64,000 nucleotides of DNA, from NCBI GenBank assembly GCA_045629325.1, contig JAZQQX010000027.1, positions 11,049 through 75,048 of the forward strand. The letters are read 5' to 3'. The notes below the pieces were generated by a model. The model saw only the letters and a list, made by a program, of their open reading frames with translations, was not told the DNA's origin and did not search any database. Positions 27,512 to 35,999 of the stretch are shown here, one piece after another (position 1 is the stretch's first letter; each line of letters starts with the position of its first letter). Position numbers and translations under genes: made by a program. The DNA is from Bacteroidaceae bacterium. Its GTDB lineage: Bacteria; Bacteroidota; Bacteroidia; Bacteroidales; Bacteroidaceae.

Positions 27512-28435
27512 TCACTCAAGGAGAGCAGTAGATAGATAGCGCTCACCCGTGTCAGGAAGAAGTGCAACGATTCGCTTACCCTTGTTTTCAGGACGCGAAG
27601 CCAGTTGAATAGCGCCATAGAGAGAGGCCCCTGAAGAGATACCCACAAAGATACCCTCCACCTTGGCAATCTCCCTTGCTGTGGAAATAGCCTCATCGTT
27701 ACCGACGGGGATAATCTCGTCAATCACCTCAGCGTTGTAGTTCTTTGGAATGAAACCAGCTCCGATGCCCTGTATCTTGTGAGGACCTGCAGGATTGCCC
27801 GAAAGGACAGCACTTGAGGCAGGTTCGACGGCCACGGTGCGTATGTTCGGATTGTGAGCCTTGAGAGCCAAGCCCGTTCCGCTAACCGTTCCGCCCGTTC
27901 CAACCCCCGCAACAAAGATATCAATCTTCCCTTCAGTCTGCTCCCAAATCTCCTCGCCCGTGGTACGAGCATGAATAGCAGGGTTGGCAGGATTCTCGAA
28001 TTGCTGAAGAATAACAGCTCCAGGTATGCTGTCGCGTAAACTCTCGGCCTTCTTTATGGCACCCTTCATGCCCTCAGCCCCAGGAGTGAGCACAATCTCA
28101 GTACCGTAGGCAGAAGCCAGTTTTCGGCGTTCTATACTCATCGTCTCAGGCATTGTAAGAATCACCCGATACCCCTTGACTGCACCTACCAGACTCAAAC
28201 CAACTCCCGTGTTACCGCTGGTAGGTTCGATGATAGTAGCACCAGGTTTTAGGATGCCACGAGCCTCTGCATCCTCGATCATATTCAGAGCCACGCGATC
28301 TTTAACGCTACCTCCAGGGTTGAAAAATTCGACCTTGGCAACGATTTCTGCCTGCAAGCCATGATTCTCTACGATTTTGTTGAGCGAAACGAGAGGCGTC
28401 TTACCTATCAGTTCCAAGATGCTGTTGTGTACCAT
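27512..28435 (-). CDS. cysK: Cysteine synthase A (O-acetylserine sulfhydrylase)
   Basis: 307 aa. Contains NPGGSVKDR (PLP lysine), TSGNTG and GTGGT. Confidence 0.93.
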   Translation of the reverse strand: MVHNSILELIGKTPLVSLNKIVENHGLQAEIVAKVEFFNPGGSVKDRVALNMIEDAEARGILKPGATIIEPTSGNTGVGLSLVGAVKGYRVILTMPETMSIERRKLASAYGTEIVLTPGAEGMKGAIKKAESLRDSIPGAVILQQFENPANPAIHARTTGEEIWEQTEGKIDIFVAGVGTGGTVSGTGLALKAHNPNIRTVAVEPASSAVLSGNPAGPHKIQGIGAGFIPKNYNAEVIDEIIPVGNDEAISTAREIAKVEGIFVGISSGASLYGAIQLASRPENKGKRIVALLPDTGERYLSTALLE

Positions 28436-28481
28436 ATTTATTTATATTAGTGGGTTATTGTTTATTCCTTAATTTGTTACT

Positions 28482-28496
28482 TGGCACTATATTTGC
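28482..28496 (+). promoter_or_regulatory. Sigma-54-type -24/-12 element TGGCAC-N5-TTGC (also readable as inverted repeat TGGCA-N7-TGCCA)
   Basis: TTGGCACTATATTTGCCA read directly. All 10 consensus positions match. It lies in the cysK 5' leader, pointing away from cysK toward the hairpin array. Confidence 0.35.
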
Positions 28497-28509
28497 CATT
28501 TTGATGATG

Positions 28510-28517
28510 CAAAGTTA
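28510..28517 (-). promoter_or_regulatory. -7 box TAACTTTG (minus strand) for cysK
   Basis: The plus strand reads CAAAGTTA, 75 nt upstream of the cysK ATG. Confidence 0.5.
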
Positions 28518-28603
28518 TGAAATACAGTGGATTGTGCCAATAAAAATGTATAATATGGAATAAAATTGAAGAATTCGGGTGTCTGAGCAGAATAATATTC
28601 TAC

Positions 28604-28633
28604 AAAAGCCCCCAACTTGTGTATTGGGGGCTT
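28604..28633 (-). terminator. Probable intrinsic terminator of the uxa/uxu operon
   Basis: AAGCCCCCAA / TTGGGGGCTT 10-bp stem. On the minus strand it is followed by TTGTAG, so the U-tract is short. Confidence 0.5.
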
Positions 28634-28657
28634 GAGTGGAGTGGGGTGTATGGCTGC

Positions 28658-28797
28658 CTCGCGGAGAAACGCGAGAACAGTGACGGGACGAACTCGCGTG
28701 AACACGCGAGGAACAGTGACAGGGAAACTCGCGGAGAAACGCGAGGAACGGTGAAGGGACGAACTCGCGTGAACACGCGAGGAACGGTTAGCTCATA
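28658..28797. repeat. Array of four GC-rich hairpins (CTCGCG-N6-CGCGAG) at 35-bp spacing, forming two ~70-bp tandem units
   Basis: Hairpins lie at 28658-75, 28693-710, 28728-45 and 28764-81, with loops alternating GAGAAA and TGAACA. Linkers read GAAC(A/G)GTGA..GGGA(C/A)(G/A)AA. Confidence 0.85.
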
Positions 28798-28832
28798 TTT
28801 AACGCACGGAGCGTACGAAGTGTACGGAGGGG

Positions 28833-30419
28833 TTAGCGAGCCTGGGTGTACTTGTGAAGCGTAGCGCGTACGGCACCGGGGCCAGCGTAGAGTTCCTTGA
28901 CCATGCCCTCGATCTGTTCACCCAATCCTATCTCGTAAAGATCAACACCGAAGACATCCTTGCGCGAGAAAAGCTGTTTCAGACAACTCCAATCCTGGTC
29001 GGGCTTGCCAATCTCAAGTGGAGCAACGATAACCTGCAGTTCGTCGAGCATGGGGTCGGGAGAAGGAGTGAAAGCCTCGCCGTTGTCCTTGATTCCCTTT
29101 AAGAAACGAGCATAACCCGCTAAGGTGAGAGGAATGAGGATGAGGTTCTTCTTGTCCAGTCCACGCTCATGATACTTACGAAGTGTCTCACCAAAGCGGA
29201 TAGGCAACTTCTGACTGGTATCCATAGAGATACGCTGAGGAGCATCAGGCATGAAGGGGTTGGGGAGACGCTTGTTGATCACATCACCGATGAACTCGTA
29301 AGGATTGAGCACGCCGGGATCAGTCACTACAGGCATCGCCTCCATGTAACCAATCTTCTGGATGAAGGGTCGCAGGTCCTCATCCGCCATCTCTGCAGAG
29401 ATGAGCGTATAGTCGAGCATCACACCATAGATAGACATGGCCGTGTGGAGTGGATTGAGACAAGTAGTAACCTTCATGGTCTCAACCTGATCCACGATCT
29501 CACGCGTGGTGTAGAGTGCGCCACCCAGATCCAATGGAGGACGGCCATTGGTGTACTTGTCCTCGATGACCAGATACTGAACCTCCTCCGCATTGACGAA
29601 TGGAGCCGTGAAGGTATGCTTCTCCGTCTCGATATAATTGTTGTCCTCAAACCCGTCCTGTGCCAACATAGCCTGTACCTGCGAGTGAGGACGAGGCGTA
29701 ATCTTGTCGATCATAGACCAAGGGAAGGTGATCTTAGTCTCATCCTTGAGGTAAGAGAGGAAAGATTCGGGAACCAATCCATCGTTTACCCAACGCTCAG
29801 CATAAGCCATCACGCCAGCCTTAACCTTGTCGCCATTGTGAGAGCAGTTGTCCATAGACTGCACGGTGAGTGGAAGCGCACCAGCATTGAAACGCTCGAG
29901 CAAGAGCGCACATACCTTACCCATAGCAAAGACAGGCGAGAGACCGCGAGCCAAGTCAGCCTCATTGTAGGTGTATCCCTTCTCCGTAATGGTGAAAGAG
30001 ATCATCTGCAAAGAAGGAGCCTTGAACACCTCAACCAATCTTTGCCAGTCGGGGAATTGAGGGTCAGCCTTCAACGATTCGGTAACCGAAGCGATGACTT
30101 TCTTCTCGATAGTGCCATTAGAGCAAAGAGAGACAGCCAGAGAAAGATTATTGTAAGGCGTATAAGCCTTGTCGATCACCTCATAGTCGAAAGTCTCAGC
30201 TACGATGACGCCACGATCATACTTGCCCGTGTTGAGCGCATCATTGAGGATAGATGCAGGGAAAGCACGGAAGATGTTACCACCACCGAAGTGAACCCAT
30301 GTAGGTTCGTCGTGTGTCTTTTTGGCTACTTTAGCAATGTCAAACTTGGGAAGCAGGTAGCCCTTAGCCTCCCATTCGGCAGGATTAAAATCCGCCTTCA
30401 GTATGTCTGTAAGTTTCAT
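28833..30419 (-). CDS. uxuB: Fructuronate reductase (D-mannonate oxidoreductase), mannitol dehydrogenase family
   Basis: 528 aa with N-terminal VHFGGGNIFRAF (Rossmann). It sits immediately downstream of uxuA and uxaC. Confidence 0.8.
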   Translation of the reverse strand: MKLTDILKADFNPAEWEAKGYLLPKFDIAKVAKKTHDEPTWVHFGGGNIFRAFPASILNDALNTGKYDRGVIVAETFDYEVIDKAYTPYNNLSLAVSLCSNGTIEKKVIASVTESLKADPQFPDWQRLVEVFKAPSLQMISFTITEKGYTYNEADLARGLSPVFAMGKVCALLLERFNAGALPLTVQSMDNCSHNGDKVKAGVMAYAERWVNDGLVPESFLSYLKDETKITFPWSMIDKITPRPHSQVQAMLAQDGFEDNNYIETEKHTFTAPFVNAEEVQYLVIEDKYTNGRPPLDLGGALYTTREIVDQVETMKVTTCLNPLHTAMSIYGVMLDYTLISAEMADEDLRPFIQKIGYMEAMPVVTDPGVLNPYEFIGDVINKRLPNPFMPDAPQRISMDTSQKLPIRFGETLRKYHERGLDKKNLILIPLTLAGYARFLKGIKDNGEAFTPSPDPMLDELQVIVAPLEIGKPDQDWSCLKQLFSRKDVFGVDLYEIGLGEQIEGMVKELYAGPGAVRATLHKYTQAR

Positions 30420-30448
30420 TCGATCAATTATGAATTGTGAATTATGAA

Positions 30449-31720
30449 TTAGTCAAAGAATCCAGGTTGTTTGTATTCAATTCCAAGTTCACGATCAACA
30501 GTTGCCATGATACCCTGCATCTGACCCATGGCGAACATACGACCTAAGAGCGTGTAGCCCGAGTTGTGGCCATGAGCCGACTCGTCGAAGATACCACCAG
30601 GCTGATCGGTGAAAGTCATACCATGGTCCACACGCATGGGGAGACGACGACCGCTGTTGCATACACCACGACGCTCAACCTCCTCGAAAATACGAGTCAG
30701 TTCGATGAGATCACCACGACCACCCAGATGACTTGCCTCAGTGAAGTTGCCATTGGGGAAGATGTGGCATGAACGCAGATGAACGAAATGTGTACGATCA
30801 GCAAACTTGCGAGCCATAGCCGTTACATCGTTGTGCTCACCAGCAGAGAGCGAGCCGGCACAGAAGGTAAGACCATTGTGCTTATTGGGTACAGCATCGA
30901 GGAACCACTGAATATCCTCATCCGTGCCGATGATACGAGGAAGACCAAAGACAGGGTAGGGAGGATCATCAGGATGAACACACATGTTGATGTCGTACTC
31001 CTCACATACAGGCATGATTGCCTCCAGCCAATACTTCATGTTAGCCTGCAACTGCTCCTTGTCGATACCATCGTAAAGCTTAAGCAAGTCACGGAACTTC
31101 TGTACGGGAGCCTCATCACCCTCGCTGAAATTGCCAGATACGAAGCCCTGGGTCTTGATGATGATATTCTCCACCAACTCGTGGTCGAACTCCGGTGTGG
31201 CCGTCTCCTTGATCTTGTCAGCCTCAGCCACGAGGTCACGACCCCACTTGTGATTCTGCGAGAATGCAGTCCATTCCTCACGAGCACCCTCGCGCTTGAG
31301 GATGTAGATGTCGAAATAAGCAAACAGCCCCCAATCCATGTACAGATTGGTAGAACCATTAGGATTGTTGTGTGAGAGATCCGTACGCGCCCAATCCAAT
31401 ACAGGCATGAAATTGTAGCAGATACACTTGATACCCTCTTCGCCCAGGTTGCGCAGACTCTGCTTGTAAACCTCAATCTGCTCCTCACGGTCGGGACCGC
31501 CATATTTGAGCGTCTCAACTACGGGCAGACTCTCTACGACGCTCCACTTCATGCCGTAAGACTCAATATACTCCTTCAGTTCGTGAATCTTCTCACGCGT
31601 CCATACCTGACCCAGAGGTACATCGTGGAGTGCAGTCACGATACCCTCTACACCTATCTGTCTGAGTTGGGCAAGGGTAATCTTATCCTTCTTGCCAAAC
31701 CATCTCCATGTTCTTTCCAT
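30449..31720 (-). CDS. uxuA: Mannonate dehydratase
   Basis: 423 aa. MERTWRWFG...ITLAQLRQIGVEGIVTALHD is the canonical UxuA N-terminus. Confidence 0.9.
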   Translation of the reverse strand: MERTWRWFGKKDKITLAQLRQIGVEGIVTALHDVPLGQVWTREKIHELKEYIESYGMKWSVVESLPVVETLKYGGPDREEQIEVYKQSLRNLGEEGIKCICYNFMPVLDWARTDLSHNNPNGSTNLYMDWGLFAYFDIYILKREGAREEWTAFSQNHKWGRDLVAEADKIKETATPEFDHELVENIIIKTQGFVSGNFSEGDEAPVQKFRDLLKLYDGIDKEQLQANMKYWLEAIMPVCEEYDINMCVHPDDPPYPVFGLPRIIGTDEDIQWFLDAVPNKHNGLTFCAGSLSAGEHNDVTAMARKFADRTHFVHLRSCHIFPNGNFTEASHLGGRGDLIELTRIFEEVERRGVCNSGRRLPMRVDHGMTFTDQPGGIFDESAHGHNSGYTLLGRMFAMGQMQGIMATVDRELGIEYKQPGFFD

Positions 31721-31726
31721 ATATGA

Positions 31727-33130
31727 TTAAAAATTAAAGAAGTTCTTAGCATTGTAGTAACTGATATCCTCTACCATCTGCTTGATGCGAGGCATCTCCT
31801 CTGCAGGAATCTCGCCATTCTCAACATCGCGACCAATGAGGTTGCAAAGTGTACGACGGAAATACTCGTGACGAGGATAAGACACGAATGAGCGACTATC
31901 CGTAAGCATACCTACGAAACGACTCAAGAGACCCAGTACGGAGAGAGCATTCATCTGTCGCTCCATACCATCCTTCTGATCGTTGAACCACCAACCAGAA
32001 CCAAACTGAATCTTACCCGGAGTAGGACCTTGCTGGAAGTTGCCAAGCATGGTGGCAATCATCTCATTGGCAGAAGGATTGAGAGGATAGAGAATGGTCT
32101 TGGCCAGGAGGTTCTCCTTGTCGAGCGTGTCGAGGAACTTGCTCATAGCAATAGCCGTGTTCCACTCACCAATGCTGTCGAAGCCAGTGTCGGGGCCCAG
32201 AAGAGACATCATGCGACTGTTGTTGTTGCGCAAAGCTCCATAGTGGAACTGCTGTGTCCAACCCGATCGAGCATCCATGCGAGCAAAGTCAAGCATGAGA
32301 GCCGACTTGAACTTGCGATCTTCCAGTTCGGTAGGAGCCTGTCCACCCATAACCTTATTAAATATATTATTAATCTCAGCCTCAGTGAAGTCCTCTGCAT
32401 AGAACTCGCAGATACCATGGTCAGAGAGTCGGCAACCCTGAGATTCGAAGAAATCGTGGCGCTTCTGTAATGCATCAATCAACGCATTGTAGCTGTTGAT
32501 CTCAACACCAGACACCTCACTCAATTTCTCGATATACTGACGATAAGCCTCTGGATTCTCAACAGCCATAGCCTTGTCAGGACGCCATGTGGGAAGCATC
32601 TTCACCTCAAAGCCCGACTCACGGGTAGCGATGTGATGCTCCAGAGAATCGATGGGATCGTCGGTGGTGCATACGCTCTCCACATTGTAGTGACGCATCA
32701 AGCCACGAGCACTAAACTCAGGTTGCTTCAACATCTCGTTGCACTGATCGAAGATCTCGCGAGCGGTATCAGGATTCAAAAGCTTCTGAATACCGAAGCA
32801 AGTGCGGAGCTCGAGATGAGTCCAGTGATAGAGAGGATTGCGCAGTGTGTAGGGCACAGTCTCTGCCCACTTCTGGAACTTCTCCCAGTCGGTGCTGTCA
32901 CCAGTAATATACTTCTCGTCCACGCCATTGGTACGCATGGCACGCCACTTGTAGTGGTCGCCACCCAACCACAGTTCGGTGATGCTCTGGAACTTATGGT
33001 CGCTTGCCACCATCTGAGGAATAAGGTGGCAGTGGTAGTCGATGATAGGAAGACTCTTGGCATGCTCATGATAGAGCATCTGTGCAGTTTCGGTTTCCAG
33101 CAGGAAATCCTTGTCCATGAATTGTTTCAT
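31727..33130 (-). CDS. uxaC: Glucuronate isomerase
   Basis: 467 aa. Contains FMDKDFLL...LYHEHAKSLPIIDYHCHL and WWFND. Confidence 0.92.
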   Translation of the reverse strand: MKQFMDKDFLLETETAQMLYHEHAKSLPIIDYHCHLIPQMVASDHKFQSITELWLGGDHYKWRAMRTNGVDEKYITGDSTDWEKFQKWAETVPYTLRNPLYHWTHLELRTCFGIQKLLNPDTAREIFDQCNEMLKQPEFSARGLMRHYNVESVCTTDDPIDSLEHHIATRESGFEVKMLPTWRPDKAMAVENPEAYRQYIEKLSEVSGVEINSYNALIDALQKRHDFFESQGCRLSDHGICEFYAEDFTEAEINNIFNKVMGGQAPTELEDRKFKSALMLDFARMDARSGWTQQFHYGALRNNNSRMMSLLGPDTGFDSIGEWNTAIAMSKFLDTLDKENLLAKTILYPLNPSANEMIATMLGNFQQGPTPGKIQFGSGWWFNDQKDGMERQMNALSVLGLLSRFVGMLTDSRSFVSYPRHEYFRRTLCNLIGRDVENGEIPAEEMPRIKQMVEDISYYNAKNFFNF

Positions 33131-33147
33131 ATTAGACTCTCCCCCCG

Positions 33148-33165
33148 CCCTCCCTCTAGGGAGGG
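33148..33165. other. GC-rich palindrome CCCTCCCT-CT-AGGGAGGG 18 nt upstream of the uxaC ATG
   Basis: Read directly. It is flanked by C6 (33141-46) and G-rich runs. Confidence 0.6.
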
Positions 33166-33221
33166 GGCTGCATGTCCTTTTGGGGGGAAGATTGCAGATG
33201 TTGTTATTTATTTGAGATAGA

Positions 33222-33275
33222 TTTTTTTTTCGAGATTTCGAGGTTCCGAGATTCGGGATTCCGATGTTTCGTGAC
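33222..33275. repeat. T9 homopolymer followed by six ~8-nt units (TTCGAGAT TTCGAGGT TCCGAGAT TCGGGAT TCCGATGT TTCGTGAC)
   Basis: Read directly in the 162-bp spacer between the MFS transporter stop and the uxaC start. Confidence 0.75.
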
Positions 33276-33292
33276 TTCTTAATTATGATTGC

Positions 33293-34738
33293 TTAATCAA
33301 TAGGCTTGTATTTGGGAACGAGAACCTTGATGACACACCATGCCAATACATAAGCAATGGCACAGTAGCAGAATACTACCATGTAAGCACCGGGCTTGCC
33401 CTCAACACCAAAGAAAGAGAACGCATTCTCAGGTTGCTCAGCATAGGTGAAGAATGCACCAGCACTCTTCATGATGATGAAGCTACAAAGACCACCAAAC
33501 ATAGTACCGATACCTGTGATGGTAGCAATAGCGCGACGAGGGAACATGTCACCGATGGTAGAATAGAGGTTGGCCGACCAAGCCTGATGACCAGCACCAG
33601 CCAAACCAATAATGATAGCAGGCCACCATACACTTACACCAGCCAGAGGTTGAGCCACAAGTGCAAAGATAGGAAGGAGAGCGAAAAGCAACATGGCGCG
33701 CATACGACCAGCATAGGGATGCATGCCCTTCTTCTCAACAAAATACTTGGGTGCGTAACCTCCTACGATGCTGACGAGCGTAACGATGAGGTAGAGTACG
33801 AAGAGCAACATCTGACCAGTGAAGGTAGATGCGGGGTGACCCAACTCCTTGAAGTAAGCAGGAGCCCAGAACAAGAAGAACCACCATACACCATCGGTGA
33901 GGAACTTACCCATGATGAAAGCCCAAGTCTGACGATACTTGAAGCAATCGATGATGCCAAACTTGGCACCTTCCTCTTTCTGCTCCTCTGCAGGAGCCTC
34001 AACGGTGTCGGCATCCTGATTGATATAAGCCAGCTCAGCCTCGTTGACGAATTTGCTCTCTTTGGGGTGGCTGTAGAAGACAATCCAAAGACCTGCCCAG
34101 ATGAAGCCGATACCACCGATGATGATAAATGCCATCTCCCAACCAAAAGCATTGGCCAACTGAGGAATAGTGAGAGGAGCCAGAAGTGCACCTACACTGG
34201 CACCAGCGTTGAAGATAGAGGTGGCAAATGCACGGTCCTTCTTGGGGAAATATTCAGCCGTAACCTTGATAGCTGCAGGGAAGTTGCCCGACTCACCCAT
34301 TGCGAGGAAGCAACGACAAGCAATGAAGAACCAAACGCTGAGCGTCAATCCCAGCAGACCCACCTGCGAAGCCTTCTCCATACCACGCAAAGCCTCCATG
34401 CTATCCACATTGTTGCAAACCATGGTGAGCCAACCACAACCTGCATGCATACAAGCTGCTACACTCCAGAAGATAATGGCCCAAAGGTAACCCTTCTTGG
34501 TGCCCATGATGTCGATGAACTTACCAGCAAAGAGGCTGATGAAAGCATAGAAGATGGAGAATGTTGCGGTAATCGTACCGTAGTCATTGTCATCCCACTG
34601 AAAATCCTTGGCAATGAAGTCTGTGTAGGTGAGTGAAAGTACCTGACGGTCCATGTAGTTCACCAATGTTGCCAGAAACAGCATTCCGCAGATCATCCAA
34701 CGGAATTGCGAGAGTCGTTGTTGTGTGTTGTTACTCAT
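33293..34738 (-). CDS. MFS transporter, hexuronate (ExuT)-like
   Basis: 481 aa and highly hydrophobic, with about 12 predicted TM segments. It sits upstream of uxaC-uxuA-uxuB. Confidence 0.75.
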   Translation of the reverse strand: MSNNTQQRLSQFRWMICGMLFLATLVNYMDRQVLSLTYTDFIAKDFQWDDNDYGTITATFSIFYAFISLFAGKFIDIMGTKKGYLWAIIFWSVAACMHAGCGWLTMVCNNVDSMEALRGMEKASQVGLLGLTLSVWFFIACRCFLAMGESGNFPAAIKVTAEYFPKKDRAFATSIFNAGASVGALLAPLTIPQLANAFGWEMAFIIIGGIGFIWAGLWIVFYSHPKESKFVNEAELAYINQDADTVEAPAEEQKEEGAKFGIIDCFKYRQTWAFIMGKFLTDGVWWFFLFWAPAYFKELGHPASTFTGQMLLFVLYLIVTLVSIVGGYAPKYFVEKKGMHPYAGRMRAMLLFALLPIFALVAQPLAGVSVWWPAIIIGLAGAGHQAWSANLYSTIGDMFPRRAIATITGIGTMFGGLCSFIIMKSAGAFFTYAEQPENAFSFFGVEGKPGAYMVVFCYCAIAYVLAWCVIKVLVPKYKPID

Positions 34739-34760
34739 AATAATTATTTTTAGGTTTGTA

Positions 34761-35999
34761 TTATTCTAATTCAAGTTGTTTTTTCCAAAGATTCCTGACA
34801 TCCTCCCATCGGTAGAAGCAATCGTTGATGGCCTTGAGGGGTAGGTGTGCATCGCGCTCGTTGAGGAGTAGGCGAAGGATGATGTCATGACTCGCCATGC
34901 CCTGATAGAAAACCAGTTGGAGGTTGGCCCCCATAGGTACGAGTTCATAGTCGTGCCATTGTGATGCTACGCGATTGGGGTCGGTGTCATCACCCTTTAC
35001 TCGTTTACACTCCTCCAATTTCATGAGCGTGATGAGACGCAAGAGTGCACTATCGTGCCCGAAACGAAGATGAATGCGGTTTCCGTTGCCCTTTTGTAGC
35101 TCAGGCAGAAGTTGGTCAGCCTCACTGATGATGTTGTTAAGCAGGTTGTGAGAACTTCTGGCCGTCACTCCACCGTTTAAGCTACCAGGACCGTTGGTTA
35201 CATACATACGATAATTAACAGCCTTCCAGTAACTTAAAAGTTCCTCACGCTCGAAGATATCATACATACTGTTGAGCATGACATCCTGCATGTTTGACAC
35301 AATCCAATAGAGCCCGTCGAAGAGTTGAATCGGATCGTCAATCTCCTCTGGCCTTTGGAAGATACTCGCCATCAGTCGTTTGTGAATGCAATACCTTTCG
35401 TAGATGGAGTCTTCAAACTGAGTCCAAAAATCACCTTTCTTGAAAGCCTTCAATTCATCAGACTCCTGGTTGATGACCGCCATGTCCCGTTCATAAGCAG
35501 AGCGCTGTATCTTGATCTCGGGGATAAGTTCCTTGATCCCTTCGCAGGCCGACATCATGCTCATCATGCATCGTCGCGAAGTGCTACTCTGAGCCGTGAT
35601 AGTTTGAGTTCCTTGAAAGAGAGACGGAAAATTGGATACCATGCGCTGTGCGATGTCGTGATGCTGTTTCTCGCCCAAGAGAGTCAGTTCGCCACTACGC
35701 CCTTTGGCATCCTCCCATACCGCTTCAAGTTTTTTGCGTATAGCTTTGCCCGTTTCTGTCAGATTGTGACTATCAAAAACATTCAGCACTTCCTCGTAAC
35801 GCCTGTCCTCTGTCAGCCAACGACTGCCATGACGCCCATAATGGCACAGGAAAACCGGTTTGTAGCCCTTAGGCGCAGGAGTGAGAGCAGGAGGGGCGGG
35901 ATATGCAAAATAGGAACTGCCCAACTGTTCGTTGGACTGTCCCCATATAGGCGAAGCCAGAGCGAGGAGCGTGAATATGATCAGAGCTCTAACGCGCAT
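34761..35999 (-). CDS. Histidine acid phosphatase-family protein (MINPP/phytase-like), secreted
   Basis: 412 aa with a signal peptide. The RHGSRW (RHGxRxP-type) motif occurs in CHYGRHGSRWL. An HD-type motif (FGHDSAL) lies in the C-terminal part. Confidence 0.75.
   Translation of the reverse strand: MRVRALIIFTLLALASPIWGQSNEQLGSSYFAYPAPPALTPAPKGYKPVFLCHYGRHGSRWLTEDRRYEEVLNVFDSHNLTETGKAIRKKLEAVWEDAKGRSGELTLLGEKQHHDIAQRMVSNFPSLFQGTQTITAQSSTSRRCMMSMMSACEGIKELIPEIKIQRSAYERDMAVINQESDELKAFKKGDFWTQFEDSIYERYCIHKRLMASIFQRPEEIDDPIQLFDGLYWIVSNMQDVMLNSMYDIFEREELLSYWKAVNYRMYVTNGPGSLNGGVTARSSHNLLNNIISEADQLLPELQKGNGNRIHLRFGHDSALLRLITLMKLEECKRVKGDDTDPNRVASQWHDYELVPMGANLQLVFYQGMASHDIILRLLLNERDAHLPLKAINDCFYRWEDVRNLWKKQLELE

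Noticed and set aside
28658-28797. Possible CRISPR array.
   Set aside because: The repeats are only 18 nt and palindromic, the spacers are 17-18 nt and near-identical to one another, there are only four units, and no cas genes are present in the window.
28619-28864. An 81-aa plus-strand ORF, and a 35-codon ATG ORF at 28650, running through the hairpin array.
   Set aside because: The Arg/Glu/Thr-rich translation simply mirrors the repeat DNA. The ORF overlaps the uxuB 3' end antisense, and there is no independent coding signal.
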